Positions 1 to 8,615 of a DNA stretch of 64,000 nt are shown piece by piece. Every line of letters starts with the position of its first letter. Within the stretch, counting starts at the first letter, position 1. The DNA is from an uncultured Actinomycetes bacterium (GTDB taxonomy: Bacteria > Actinomycetota > Thermoleophilia > UBA2241). The position numbers and the translations under genes were made by a program. Where the stretch lies: positions 96,001-160,000 of the forward strand of contig CAVPVX010000001.1 of NCBI GenBank assembly GCA_963709345.1, read 5' to 3'. Under the pieces are notes generated by a model. The model saw only the letters and a list, made by a program, of their open reading frames with translations. It was not told where the DNA came from and made no database searches.

Positions 1-389
1 CTGATGTCCGCCTTGACCCACTCTGGCGCTTCGTCAGCGCCCACGTGGGTCTCGATGCCCATAAGGTCGACGACCGTCTGCACGAACTCGCGCAGGGTCT
101 CGGCGTCCGGGGGCAGATCGCTCTCGACTCGCTCGGAGGAGGGACACAGGCGGGCCTCGACCTGGGCCGCGCTCTTGCCGCGGCCGAACAAGCCGCCTTT
201 GCTGCCCTCTTCGACGATGATGAACTCGACGTCGGCCTGGTTCACGTAGGGCACGACTTTGCGCAACTGTTCGAGCGCCTTGCGCTTGGCCTCTTCGATG
301 GTGGCCGCACCGGCGATCGTCGCGAACTCGGTCTCGTCGTCGTCGTCGTCTTCGTCGTCGACAGGCTGGAGGTCGTCCGGCTCTTCCAT
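1..389 (-). CDS. jag: Jag/EloR RNA-binding protein, N-terminal part (runs off window edge)
   Basis: Not in ORF track. ATG at 389 reads MEEPDD...ATIEEAKRKALEQL...VEFIIVEEGSKGGLFGRGK (Jag_N-like), then a KH-like start. Canonical position after yidC. Confidence 0.85.
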   Translation of the reverse strand, partial: MEEPDDLQPVDDEDDDDDETEFATIAGAATIEEAKRKALEQLRKVVPYVNQADVEFIIVEEGSKGGLFGRGKSAAQVEARLCPSSERVESDLPPDAETLREFVQTVVDLMGIETHVGADEAPEWVKADI

Positions 390-440
390 CGCTCTGCTGC
401 TCCCTGGTCGGGTGACGAAGGCCGGGTGGCGCGGCTGGGG

Positions 441-1558
441 TCAGCCGGCCGCCGGGCCGTCTGAGCTCGTGGTCTTGGGGCTGCCGGCGGCCCCACCCTT
501 GTCCGGCTTCGCGCCCGGCTTTCCGCCTGGTCCGTACCCGGCTTCGCACCCTGCTTCGCGCCCGGCTTGGACTGGCCCTTGGTGGACGACGAGCCGGTCC
601 CGGACTTGCCCTTGGCGGAGGCTGCGCCCTGCTTGCCCTGAGACGGCGCGGCCTTGCGCTTGCCCTTGCCGGGCGGCGGCTTGCGCCCGCCGGGCACGGC
701 CTTCTTGGCGCCGGCCCCACCGGTGGCCGAACCGCCGGCGCCGCCCTTCTTCTTCGTCATGGTCTCTTCGCGCTGCTTCATCGCCTCGCCCTGGGAGGCC
801 ATGATCGCCTCGATGAAGCGGCTGCGCTTCTTGGGCTTGGCCTTCGCGCGCGCCGCGAGCTGCTCGGGCTTGGGCATGGTGCGGCGGATGATCAGCTGCT
901 GGCCGATCGTCCAGACGTTGGTGGTGACCCAGTAGACGAACAGACCGGCCGGGAAGTTGAAGAGGAAGAGGACGAACATGATCGGCATCCCCCGCATGAT
1001 CATCTTCTGCGTCTTGTCGGTCTGCGTGGCGAGCATCAGCTCGGTGGAGATCATCTGCGAGCCCACGTAGAGGACGAGCAGGATGTAGTACGGGTCCGGG
1101 AAGCCGAGATGCGGGATCCACAGGAAGGCAGCGTCGTTGAGGGCCTGTACGGAGGGCTGATACATGGGGGCGCTGAGCGGGCCCAGACCCTTGATCGCCG
1201 CGTAGAGGCAGATGAAGACCGGGAGCTGGAGCAGCAGCGGCAGGCAGGAGGCGAACGGATTGACCCGGTGCTCCTGGTACAGCTGCATCGTCTCCTGCTG
1301 GAGCTTGCCGCGATCGCTCTTGTACTTCTTCTGCAGCTCCTTGATCTGCGGCTGGATGAGCTGCATCTCCTGCGCCGACTTGTACTGCTTCCAGGTGAGC
1401 GGGAAGAGGATGAGGCGCACGATGATCGTGAGGCCGATGATGGCGAGGCCCCAGGTCCAGTCCGGGCTCAGGCCTATCGACGCCAACGCGTCGTTGATCG
1501 TGACGAGGATCCAGTGAAGCAGCAGGATCAGCTGCTTGAGGATGGGGATGTTATACAC
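441..1558 (-). CDS. yidC: Membrane protein insertase YidC
   Basis: WGLAIIGLTIIVRLILFPL, NPFASCLPLLLQLPVF and PAGLFVYWVTTN motifs. The ORF track runs to 242, but an apparent 1-nt deletion near 534 suggests the real stop is the TGA at 441-443. Confidence 0.95.
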
Positions 1559-1817
1559 GGGCGCTCATGTCGGCCGCGGCGTGGTCATGTTCGCAGACCT
1601 CATGTCGCGGCGGAACGGGGTCGTAGCCGCCGTAGCTGAACGGGTTGCAGCGCAGCAGACGCCAGCTCGCCAAGGCCAGACCACGGAAGACGCCGTGCTC
1701 CCGCAGGGTGCCGACGGCGTAGTTCGAGCAGGACGGATAGTACTTGCAGCGCCGTCCGAGCATCGGCGAGATCGCGTACTGGTACACCCTGATGAACGCG
1801 ATTAAGACCTTGGTCAT
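1551..1817 (-). CDS. yidD: Membrane protein insertion efficiency factor YidD
   Basis: YQYAISP..CKYYPSCSNY..RLLRCNPF..GGYDPVP. Confidence 0.97.
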   Translation of the reverse strand: MTKVLIAFIRVYQYAISPMLGRRCKYYPSCSNYAVGTLREHGVFRGLALASWRLLRCNPFSYGGYDPVPPRHEVCEHDHAAADMSARV

Positions 1818-2200
1818 CCCTGCTCCGTAGATGAGAGAAGGCCGGCGCGACCGAGGAGCTCCCGGACGGCGCCGCCCACGAGATCCTTTTCGCCCTGGCC
1901 CTCGCGAGTGACGAGCTCGATCAGCTGCGGGCGCGCGATCACGACCAGATCGTACTCCTCGGCGAGCCGCCCCGCGCAGCCCTTGAAGGCTTCGCGAAGC
2001 AGCCGTTTGACGCGGTTCCGGACGACGGCGCCGCCCAGCTTCTTCGACACCGACAGCCCCAGCCTGGGACCCTCGTCGCCCGCCTCTGCGGGGCGCTTGA
2101 ACCAGTACAGCACGAGGAACCGCGAGGCAGTGGAGCTACCCTGCCGGTAGATCCGCTGGAAATCGGAGGAGCGCGAAAGGCGCGGGCGCTTGGCGGCCAT
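1814..2200 (-). CDS. rnpA: Ribonuclease P protein component
   Basis: RLGLSVSKKLGGAVVRNRVKRLLRE (RNR motif); synteny. Confidence 0.97.
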   Translation of the reverse strand: MAAKRPRLSRSSDFQRIYRQGSSTASRFLVLYWFKRPAEAGDEGPRLGLSVSKKLGGAVVRNRVKRLLREAFKGCAGRLAEEYDLVVIARPQLIELVTREGQGEKDLVGGAVRELLGRAGLLSSTEQG

Positions 2201-2211
2201 GGGGCCCGCAG

Positions 2212-2346
2212 CTACGCGGAGAGGCGCTTGCGCCCCTTCTGCCGCCGGCTCTTTATCACCGACCGGCCCGCGCGCGTGCTCATCCGCTTGCGAAAGCCGT
2301 GCGTCTTGCTGCGCTTGCGGGTGTTCGGTTGGTAGGTCCTCTTCAC
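2212..2346 (-). CDS. rpmH: 50S ribosomal protein L34
   Basis: GTG start; [43 protein letters not shown]. Confidence 0.99.
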   Translation of the reverse strand: MKRTYQPNTRKRSKTHGFRKRMSTRAGRSVIKSRRQKGRKRLSA

Positions 2347-2382
2347 AGCTTCCTCGCTCGATTGCCGGTATTCAGAACGTGC

Positions 2383-2412
2383 AGTATAGCGGCGCGGCGG
2401 AGGGCCGGTCAA
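2383..2412 (-). promoter_or_regulatory. Sigma70-type promoter of the rpmH operon
   Basis: TTGACC-N18-TATACT on the minus strand. Confidence 0.75.
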
Positions 2413-2448
2413 TTTGACCCGGCGGGCGCGGACGGGGCTCCGCCGCGC

Positions 2449-2474
2449 TCACGGATGGCCCCATCCTGCCGATA
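2449..2474 (+). promoter_or_regulatory. Putative sigma28 (FliA/WhiG)-type promoter
   Basis: TCAC-N15-GCCGATA, 37 nt upstream of the ATG at 2512. Confidence 0.5.
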
Positions 2475-2511
2475 GGGGCTACTGGAAGCGCAAACCGGAT
2501 AGAACGACGGC

Positions 2512-3243
2512 ATGCTACTTCAAGGGTCGATCAACCGGTTCAACCTGGCCGGCGTCCTGCAGTTCCTCTCGCAGAGCGCCGCCACCGGCGTGCTCGAGGT
2601 GCGCGACTTCGAGGAGTACGGCTTCATCTACCTCGCGGACGGCCGCGTGGATGCCATCTCGCTGCCGATCACCGACGAGAAGCTCGGCACGCGCCTCGTC
2701 AAGGCCGGCTGTCTGACCGAGCAGCAGCTGGCCGAGGCACTCATGGAAGATGCGGGCCTGTCGCGCGACCAGAAGAAGTTCAAGCCCCTGGGCCAGCGGC
2801 TCATAGAGAAGGGCTACACGACGCGGGACTCCATCCGCGCGATCATGGAGCGCCAGACGATGGACCAGGTCTTCGAACTGGCGCACTGGCGCAACGGCCT
2901 GTTCCTCTACGACGAGCCGGAGCAGATGCCGCACTTCCAGATCACGATCGAGGGAGACGTGCAATCGTTGCTGCTCGACGCCTACCGGCGCATCGACGAA
3001 GGCGAGCAGGCGCGCAAGACCGCCCACGTCGTCGACGACGAGGTCTGCTACGCGTGCCCTCTCAGCGACGATTGCAGCGCCGAGATCAGGGCGAAGTACC
3101 TCAAGAACGATGTCTGCCTGTGGCGAGAGATGGGCGCCGTGCTGGACGAAGGGTACGACCGCCTGCGCGACTCGCGACGGCTCTACCGCTGCAAGGAAGA
3201 GGACGCGCGCTCGACGCTCGACGCCTCGCTGGACTCCGAGTAG
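2512..3243 (+). CDS. DUF4388 (PatA N-terminal-like) protein with C-terminal Cys cluster
   Basis: LQGSINRFNLAGVLQFL..TGVLEV..GFIYLADG..KLGTRLV..LGQRLIEKG..WRNGLF; C-x2-C-x5-C-x13-C near the C-terminus. Confidence 0.8.
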   Translation: MLLQGSINRFNLAGVLQFLSQSAATGVLEVRDFEEYGFIYLADGRVDAISLPITDEKLGTRLVKAGCLTEQQLAEALMEDAGLSRDQKKFKPLGQRLIEKGYTTRDSIRAIMERQTMDQVFELAHWRNGLFLYDEPEQMPHFQITIEGDVQSLLLDAYRRIDEGEQARKTAHVVDDEVCYACPLSDDCSAEIRAKYLKNDVCLWREMGAVLDEGYDRLRDSRRLYRCKEEDARSTLDASLDSE

Positions 3244-3331
3244 ACCCGCGCGCTTGCGGGTAGTGACGTCGCGTGACCACCGACCTCACCCATACCAGGC
3301 TCCCGCACGCGGCGGGCGGCGGGCGGCGCAC

Positions 3332-4267
3332 ATGACGCCGGCGGCCGGAGGAGAGCTGCGCCGCAACCCCGTGAACGGCAAGCTGGCGATCGTGGCGCCC
3401 GGCAGGGCGGCCCGGCCGGCCGACGAGGGAGACCCCGCCGCGGCCGCGAGCCGCGTCCGCCGCTGCCCGTTCTGCTCCGGCAACGAGCGGCTGACCCCGC
3501 CGGAGCTCGACGCGCTGCGGCCGCCCGGCAGCGCGCCGGACGCGAGCGGCTGGCGCGTACGCGTGGTCCCCAACAAGTATCCGGCGCTTGCGGGAGCGCA
3601 CGAGGTGATCGTGCACGCTCCGGAGCACGGCGTCGAGCTCGAGGACCTGGACGACGCGCGCCTCGCCGAGGTGATCTCGGTCTGGCAGCGACGCATCGAC
3701 GCGCAGTTTCGCGGCGGCGCGGCGGCGGCCACCCTCATCGTCAACGTGGGCGCGGGATCCGGGGCGTCGCTCGAGCATCCGCACGAACAGCTGGTGGCCA
3801 CCCCGGTGGTGACCCCGCTCCTGCTCGACGAGCTCATGGAGTTTGAGCGCCACCGCAACCGCTTCGGAGGCTGCGTTCTCTGCGCCGAGATCGAGTCGGC
3901 CGGAGAGCGCCTCGTGCTCGACGGGGCCTTCACAGCGTGGGTGCCCGCCGCAAGCCGCTTCAACGGCGAGCTCTGGCTGGCGCCGGCGGCGCACGAGGCC
4001 GACGTCCGCGCCGCCGACCCCGGCGCTCTGGCCGTCGCCCTGCGGCGCACGCTGGTCGCGGTGAAGACGGTGATCGCCGGCGCCCCGCTCAACTTCTGGC
4101 TGCACACGGCGCCGGCCGACCTGCGTGGTCCCTTTCACTGGCACGTCGAGATGGCTCCGCGCACGGCGGCCATCGCCGGCTTCGAGCTGGGCAGCGACGT
4201 GGGCATCGTGAGCGTGGATCCGGCCGCGGCCGCGGCCGGCTACCGGCAGGCGCTCCCCGGCGGCTGA
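3332..4267 (+). CDS. GalT-family nucleotidyltransferase (galactose-1-P uridylyltransferase-like)
   Basis: ELRRNP..RAARP, CPFC.GNE, VVPNKYPAL, GASLEHPHEQ (HxHxQ), FHWHVE, AGFELG. Confidence 0.85.
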   Translation: MTPAAGGELRRNPVNGKLAIVAPGRAARPADEGDPAAAASRVRRCPFCSGNERLTPPELDALRPPGSAPDASGWRVRVVPNKYPALAGAHEVIVHAPEHGVELEDLDDARLAEVISVWQRRIDAQFRGGAAAATLIVNVGAGSGASLEHPHEQLVATPVVTPLLLDELMEFERHRNRFGGCVLCAEIESAGERLVLDGAFTAWVPAASRFNGELWLAPAAHEADVRAADPGALAVALRRTLVAVKTVIAGAPLNFWLHTAPADLRGPFHWHVEMAPRTAAIAGFELGSDVGIVSVDPAAAAAGYRQALPGG

Positions 4268-4314
4268 CGGACGGCCGGCGCCGGGCACGGCGGCCGGCTC
4301 CCGCCCGGCCCGCC

Positions 4315-5337
4315 TCAGCTCGTGTCGTAGCGCAGAGCCAGCTGGCCGCAGGCGGCCTCGATCTCACCGCCGGGCGAGCGCCGCACGGTACAACTCACGC
4401 CGGCGGCCTCCAGACGGCTCGCGAAGGCGGCCATCTCGCCCGCCTCCGGCCGCGCGAACTCCCCGCCGGTCTCGTTGTAGGCGATCAGGTTGAGGTGGTA
4501 GAGCGGGCGCCGGAGACGCTGCGCGAGCGCGAGCGCCTGCGCGGGAGTGTCGTTGACGCCGCGCAGCACGACGTACTCGAACATGAGCTTGCGCCGCGTG
4601 CGCGCCACATAGCGCGCACACGCGGCAAAGACGTCGTCCAGTGGCCACGTCCGGTTGAGCGGGACCAGGCGGTCGCGGACCTCGTCGGTCGCCGCGTGCA
4701 GGCTCACCGCCAGGTTGGCCTGCAGAGGCTCGGCGGCGAAGCGGTCGATGCCCGGCACGACGCCCACGGTGGACACCGAGATGGCGCGCGCAGCCAGCCC
4801 AAAGCCGGCCTCGTCGTTCAGGAGCCGGCAGGCCCGCAGCGTCTGGTCGTAGTTGAGGAAGGGCTCGCCCATGCCCATGAACACGACGTTCGTGACTCTG
4901 CCGTCGCTCTCGGCACGCAAGACGCGGGCGAAGTGCAGCACCTGGTCGGCCATCTCCTCGGCGGTGAGGTCACGGCGCAGTCCAAGCCGCCCGGACGCGC
5001 AGAAGGTACATCCCACGGCGCAGCCGACCTGAGTCGACACGCAAACGGTCGCGCGCCCGGCGACGAGCATCAGCACGGCCTCCACCGGATGCCCGTCCGC
5101 CGTGGTGAACAGCGTCTTGCGCGCTGCGCCTCGCGGTGCGGCGCGCGTCTCCGCCTCGGTCAGCGAGAGGACCTGGAGCCGGGCGGCGAGTGCCGCGCGC
5201 AGGCTCAGGGGCAGCGTGGTGACGGCGTCGAAGTCGGTGGCCAGACCGCGGGTGAGCGCCTCGTAGACCTGTCGCGCGCGATAGGAGGGCTCCCCGAGAT
5301 CGGTCAGGGTCGTCGCGATGAGGTCGGGGTCGATCAC
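4315..5337 (-). CDS. rlmN: 23S rRNA/tRNA m2A methyltransferase RlmN
   Basis: CAVGCTFC, FMGMGEP, AACGQL. Confidence 0.93.
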   Translation of the reverse strand: MIDPDLIATTLTDLGEPSYRARQVYEALTRGLATDFDAVTTLPLSLRAALAARLQVLSLTEAETRAAPRGAARKTLFTTADGHPVEAVLMLVAGRATVCVSTQVGCAVGCTFCASGRLGLRRDLTAEEMADQVLHFARVLRAESDGRVTNVVFMGMGEPFLNYDQTLRACRLLNDEAGFGLAARAISVSTVGVVPGIDRFAAEPLQANLAVSLHAATDEVRDRLVPLNRTWPLDDVFAACARYVARTRRKLMFEYVVLRGVNDTPAQALALAQRLRRPLYHLNLIAYNETGGEFARPEAGEMAAFASRLEAAGVSCTVRRSPGGEIEAACGQLALRYDTS

Positions 5338-5423
5338 GTGTCCATTGTACCGCCGGGCAGGGAATGGTGAGAGTCGGGGCGAACATCTAGCAGCCAGGCA
5401 CGAACGACCCGGGACCCGGACCC

Positions 5424-6263
5424 ATGACCACTGTGCAGATCGTCGGCATCGCCGTTGCCTCCCTCGTGGTACTGATCATCGTCATCGCGCTGGTGATGAC
5501 CCGTCGCCACCGACACTCGCCCGACTCCGAGGAACGCTCCGGTTCGGCGTCCTTCCTCGACGCCGCGCCGCAAGACACCCTCTCCCGCCTCGGGCGCGCC
5601 GAGCAGCCGATGGAAGACGTGACCGTCGACCCGGGAGCGAGCAGAGCGGTCGCGGAGGCCGGGGGGCGCGAGCCGCAGTCGCCGGCCCCCGAGCCCGCCG
5701 CAGCGTCGCCTTCCACCGGCCTCGGTCTGGACTGGGGGCCCGATGCCGGAGCTCCGCCTCAGGGATCGCCCCTTGCGCCCGTTCCGGAACACCCGACAGA
5801 GCCCGAGCTACCCCAGCCTCCCACCGAGACCGAGGTCGCCCGCGAACTCGCCCCGGCGGCCACTGAACCGGGCGCAGCCTCCGCGCCGGGACCCGATATC
5901 GACACGGAGAGCGGCGCCACGCCGGTCGCCGCGCAGCCCGCGCAGCCCGCCGAGGGCGGGCCCGCCGCCGGTGACGCGACGGCGCCAGAGTCCGGCTCCG
6001 GCGGCCGCATGGTGCCGCTCTCCGACATCATCGTCACGACGAGCAACAAGATGGTCGACCTCGAGGATCCGGAGGTGCGGCGGATGCTGGCCGACCTCGT
6101 CGCCTTCGAGATCGACCAGGCGACCGAGTTCCGCCGCCAGGGTCAGACGATCGACGCCGTCCTCCAGCTCACGGAGGCCGAGAAGGTCTCACGCGCGCTC
6201 GGCATGCTCGACTCGGCCGAGCGCATCCGGCGGATGATGGAGGAGACGCAGGCCCAAGGATAG
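5424..6263 (+). CDS. Hypothetical protein: N-terminal TM, Pro/Ala/Glu linker, helical C-terminal domain
   Basis: Hydrophobic N-terminus followed by basic residues; low-complexity middle; ordered-looking C-terminus. Confidence 0.7.
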   Translation: MTTVQIVGIAVASLVVLIIVIALVMTRRHRHSPDSEERSGSASFLDAAPQDTLSRLGRAEQPMEDVTVDPGASRAVAEAGGREPQSPAPEPAAASPSTGLGLDWGPDAGAPPQGSPLAPVPEHPTEPELPQPPTETEVARELAPAATEPGAASAPGPDIDTESGATPVAAQPAQPAEGGPAAGDATAPESGSGGRMVPLSDIIVTTSNKMVDLEDPEVRRMLADLVAFEIDQATEFRRQGQTIDAVLQLTEAEKVSRALGMLDSAERIRRMMEETQAQG

Positions 6264-6276
6264 GCGGGCGTCGCGA

Positions 6277-7641
6277 CTAGTTCGTCAGGCTCTGGAGGGG
6301 CGCCGGGATGCGCCCGCCCCTGCGCACGAAGGCGCTGTTGCCGGCGGTGTTCACCCTCATGACCGGACCCTCTCCGAAGAGACCTCCCAGCGTCACCCAC
6401 TCGCCGACCGACTTGCCGGATGCGGGAATGAGACGAGCGCCCGTCGTCTTGGAGTTGATCATGCCGATGGCCATGACGTCGGCGATCAGGCCGGCGACGG
6501 AATCGCGAGAGATGTCGCCGGGCACGACGATCATGTCGAGACCCAGCGAGCACACCGCCGTCATCGCCTCGAGCTTCTCGATCGTCAGGTGACCGTCGGC
6601 GGCGGCCTTCGCCATCGCCGCGTCTTCGCTGACCGGGATGAAGGCGCCGGAGAGCCCGCCGGTCGACGACGTGGCCATGATGCCGCCCTTCTTGACGGCG
6701 TCGTTCAGCATCGCCAGCGCCGCCGTAGTGCCGGGCGCCCCCACGGCCTCCAGCCCCATGCTCTGGAGGATCTCGGCGATGGAGTCACCCACGGCGGGTG
6801 TCGGCGCCAGGGAGAGGTCGATGATCCCGAGCTCGGCGTCGAGCATCTCTGACGCCTCGCGGGCGATGAGCTCCCCGACTCTCGTGATCTTGAACGTCGT
6901 CCGCTTGATGAGGTCGGCCAGCTCGATGAACGACGCCTGCGGATGGCCGGCGACGACGTTGCGCACGACACCCGGACCGGAGATCGCGACGTTGATGCTG
7001 GCCTCGGCCTCGCCGCTGCCGTGCATGGCGCCGGCCATGAAGGGATTGTCCTCGGGGACGTTGCAGAAGACGACGATCTTGGCGCAGCCGATGGAGTCCT
7101 CGTCGGCGGTGCGCTTGCTGACCGCGAGCAGGACGTCGGCCATACGCAGGACGGCGTCCATGTTGATGCCGGCGCGCGTCGAGGCGACGTTGACGGAGGA
7201 GCACACGCGCCGGGTGCCGGCGATGGCGTCGGGGATCGCCTCGATGAGGGCGGCGTCGCCGCGCGTGAACCCCTTCTGCACCAGCGCGCTGAAGCCGCCG
7301 AGGAAGTCGATCCCGACCTCGTCGGCGGCGGCGTCGAGCGCGTGCGCGACCTCCAGGAAGGCGGCCGGGTCGTCGCCGCCGACGACGTCGGCGATCGGCG
7401 TGACCGACACGCGGCGGTTGACGATGGGCACGCCGTACTTCTCCTGCAGCTCCGCGGCGACCGCGACGAGACGCCCGGCGCGCTTCACGATCTTGGCGTG
7501 GATGCGCTGCGCCGCGCGGCGCGGATCGCGATCCGCGCAGTCGCTCAGGGAGATGCCCATCGTCACCGCGCGCACGTCGAGGTTCTCCGACCGGATCATG
7601 GCGACGGTCTCGAGGATCTCCTGGGCGGTGATGAAGACCAC
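6277..7641 (-). CDS. UPF0210/DUF711 PFL-like family protein
   Basis: EILETVAMI..ENLDVRAVTMGISL; DLSLAPTP; GGLSGAFIPVSED; GGRIPAPLQSL. Confidence 0.92.
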   Translation of the reverse strand: MVFITAQEILETVAMIRSENLDVRAVTMGISLSDCADRDPRRAAQRIHAKIVKRAGRLVAVAAELQEKYGVPIVNRRVSVTPIADVVGGDDPAAFLEVAHALDAAADEVGIDFLGGFSALVQKGFTRGDAALIEAIPDAIAGTRRVCSSVNVASTRAGINMDAVLRMADVLLAVSKRTADEDSIGCAKIVVFCNVPEDNPFMAGAMHGSGEAEASINVAISGPGVVRNVVAGHPQASFIELADLIKRTTFKITRVGELIAREASEMLDAELGIIDLSLAPTPAVGDSIAEILQSMGLEAVGAPGTTAALAMLNDAVKKGGIMATSSTGGLSGAFIPVSEDAAMAKAAADGHLTIEKLEAMTAVCSLGLDMIVVPGDISRDSVAGLIADVMAIGMINSKTTGARLIPASGKSVGEWVTLGGLFGEGPVMRVNTAGNSAFVRRGGRIPAPLQSLTN

Positions 7642-7700
7642 GGCTGCCTCCGTGAGGATGAGAGCGACCACCGGCGGGCCCGGCAAGGCCCTGCCGCCGG

Positions 7701-7976
7701 CTAGACCCGATGCATGAACTTGAAGATGTTCTCGTGCTGCACGTTGATCTGCAGCCCGATCTCGTCGCCGATCTTCTCGAGCGCTTCCTTGAGCTCGGCG
7801 ATCGTCGTCTCTCCCTGATCGAACGATACGAACATGATCATCGTGAACATGCCGTTGGCGACCGTCTGGCTGACGTCGTCGACGTTGGCGTTCTGCCGGG
7901 CGATGGTGGTCGCCACCTGCGCGAGCAGGCCGTGGTTGTCGGGGCCGAGCGCAGTGACGATGACCGTGGTCCGCAT
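7701..7976 (-). CDS. ACT domain protein (UPF0237)
   Basis: IVTALGPD..NVDDVSQT..QHENIFKFMHRV; usual partner of UPF0210. Confidence 0.9.
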   Translation of the reverse strand: MRTTVIVTALGPDNHGLLAQVATTIARQNANVDDVSQTVANGMFTMIMFVSFDQGETTIAELKEALEKIGDEIGLQINVQHENIFKFMHRV

Positions 7977-8038
7977 GTGGACATCCCTCGGGGCGAGTGG
8001 GAGCGAGAAGACGGATAGTATACTGGACGCCGATTCCG

Positions 8039-8614
8039 ATGCCATCCGCCTCCGGCTCAACAGACGCCGTGCCGCCCCCTTCACCCGGCCGCCTCGACCG
8101 CCTCGACCGCGACCTTTCGCGCCGGGCGGCGATCGGCTGGCCGCACCCGCGGTGGTTCACGCTGCCTCTGAGCGGGTTGTCGCTCACCGCCAACTACGGG
8201 ATCCTGTGGTACGTCCTCGCTCTGCTGCCCTGGCTCGCCGGAGAGCCGCGGCCGGTCGCCAAGGCGCTCTACGTCGCCGTCCCGGTGACCCTGGTCGAGG
8301 TGAGCGGGTTTCTCATCAAGCACCTCGTGGCCCGGCCGCGGCCGCCGGTCGCCGACCCGAGCCAGCCGCGGCAGATACCGCTGCCGCTGAGCAAGTCGTT
8401 CCCGTCGTCACACGCGAGCATGGCCGTGGTGGGCACGCTCACCCTCGGTTTCCTCTACCCAGCGGCCGCCGCAGCGCTCGTCCTGTTGACGCTCGTCTTG
8501 TGCTTCAGCCGCGTGTACCTCGGCGTCCACTACCTCGGCGACGTCCTCGGAGGACTGCTCTACGGGCTGCTGTTCGGCGGCGCCTGGGTCCTCCTCGTCG
8601 CAGCGTCGGTCTGA
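8039..8614 (+). CDS. PAP2-family membrane phosphatase
   Basis: K-x6-RP, SFPSSH, SRVYLGVHY..D. Confidence 0.9.
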   Translation: MPSASGSTDAVPPPSPGRLDRLDRDLSRRAAIGWPHPRWFTLPLSGLSLTANYGILWYVLALLPWLAGEPRPVAKALYVAVPVTLVEVSGFLIKHLVARPRPPVADPSQPRQIPLPLSKSFPSSHASMAVVGTLTLGFLYPAAAAALVLLTLVLCFSRVYLGVHYLGDVLGGLLYGLLFGGAWVLLVAASV

Positions 8615-8615
8615 C

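Noticed and set aside
2347-2511. oriC in the rpmH upstream gap
   Set aside because: No DnaA boxes or AT-rich unwinding element visible.
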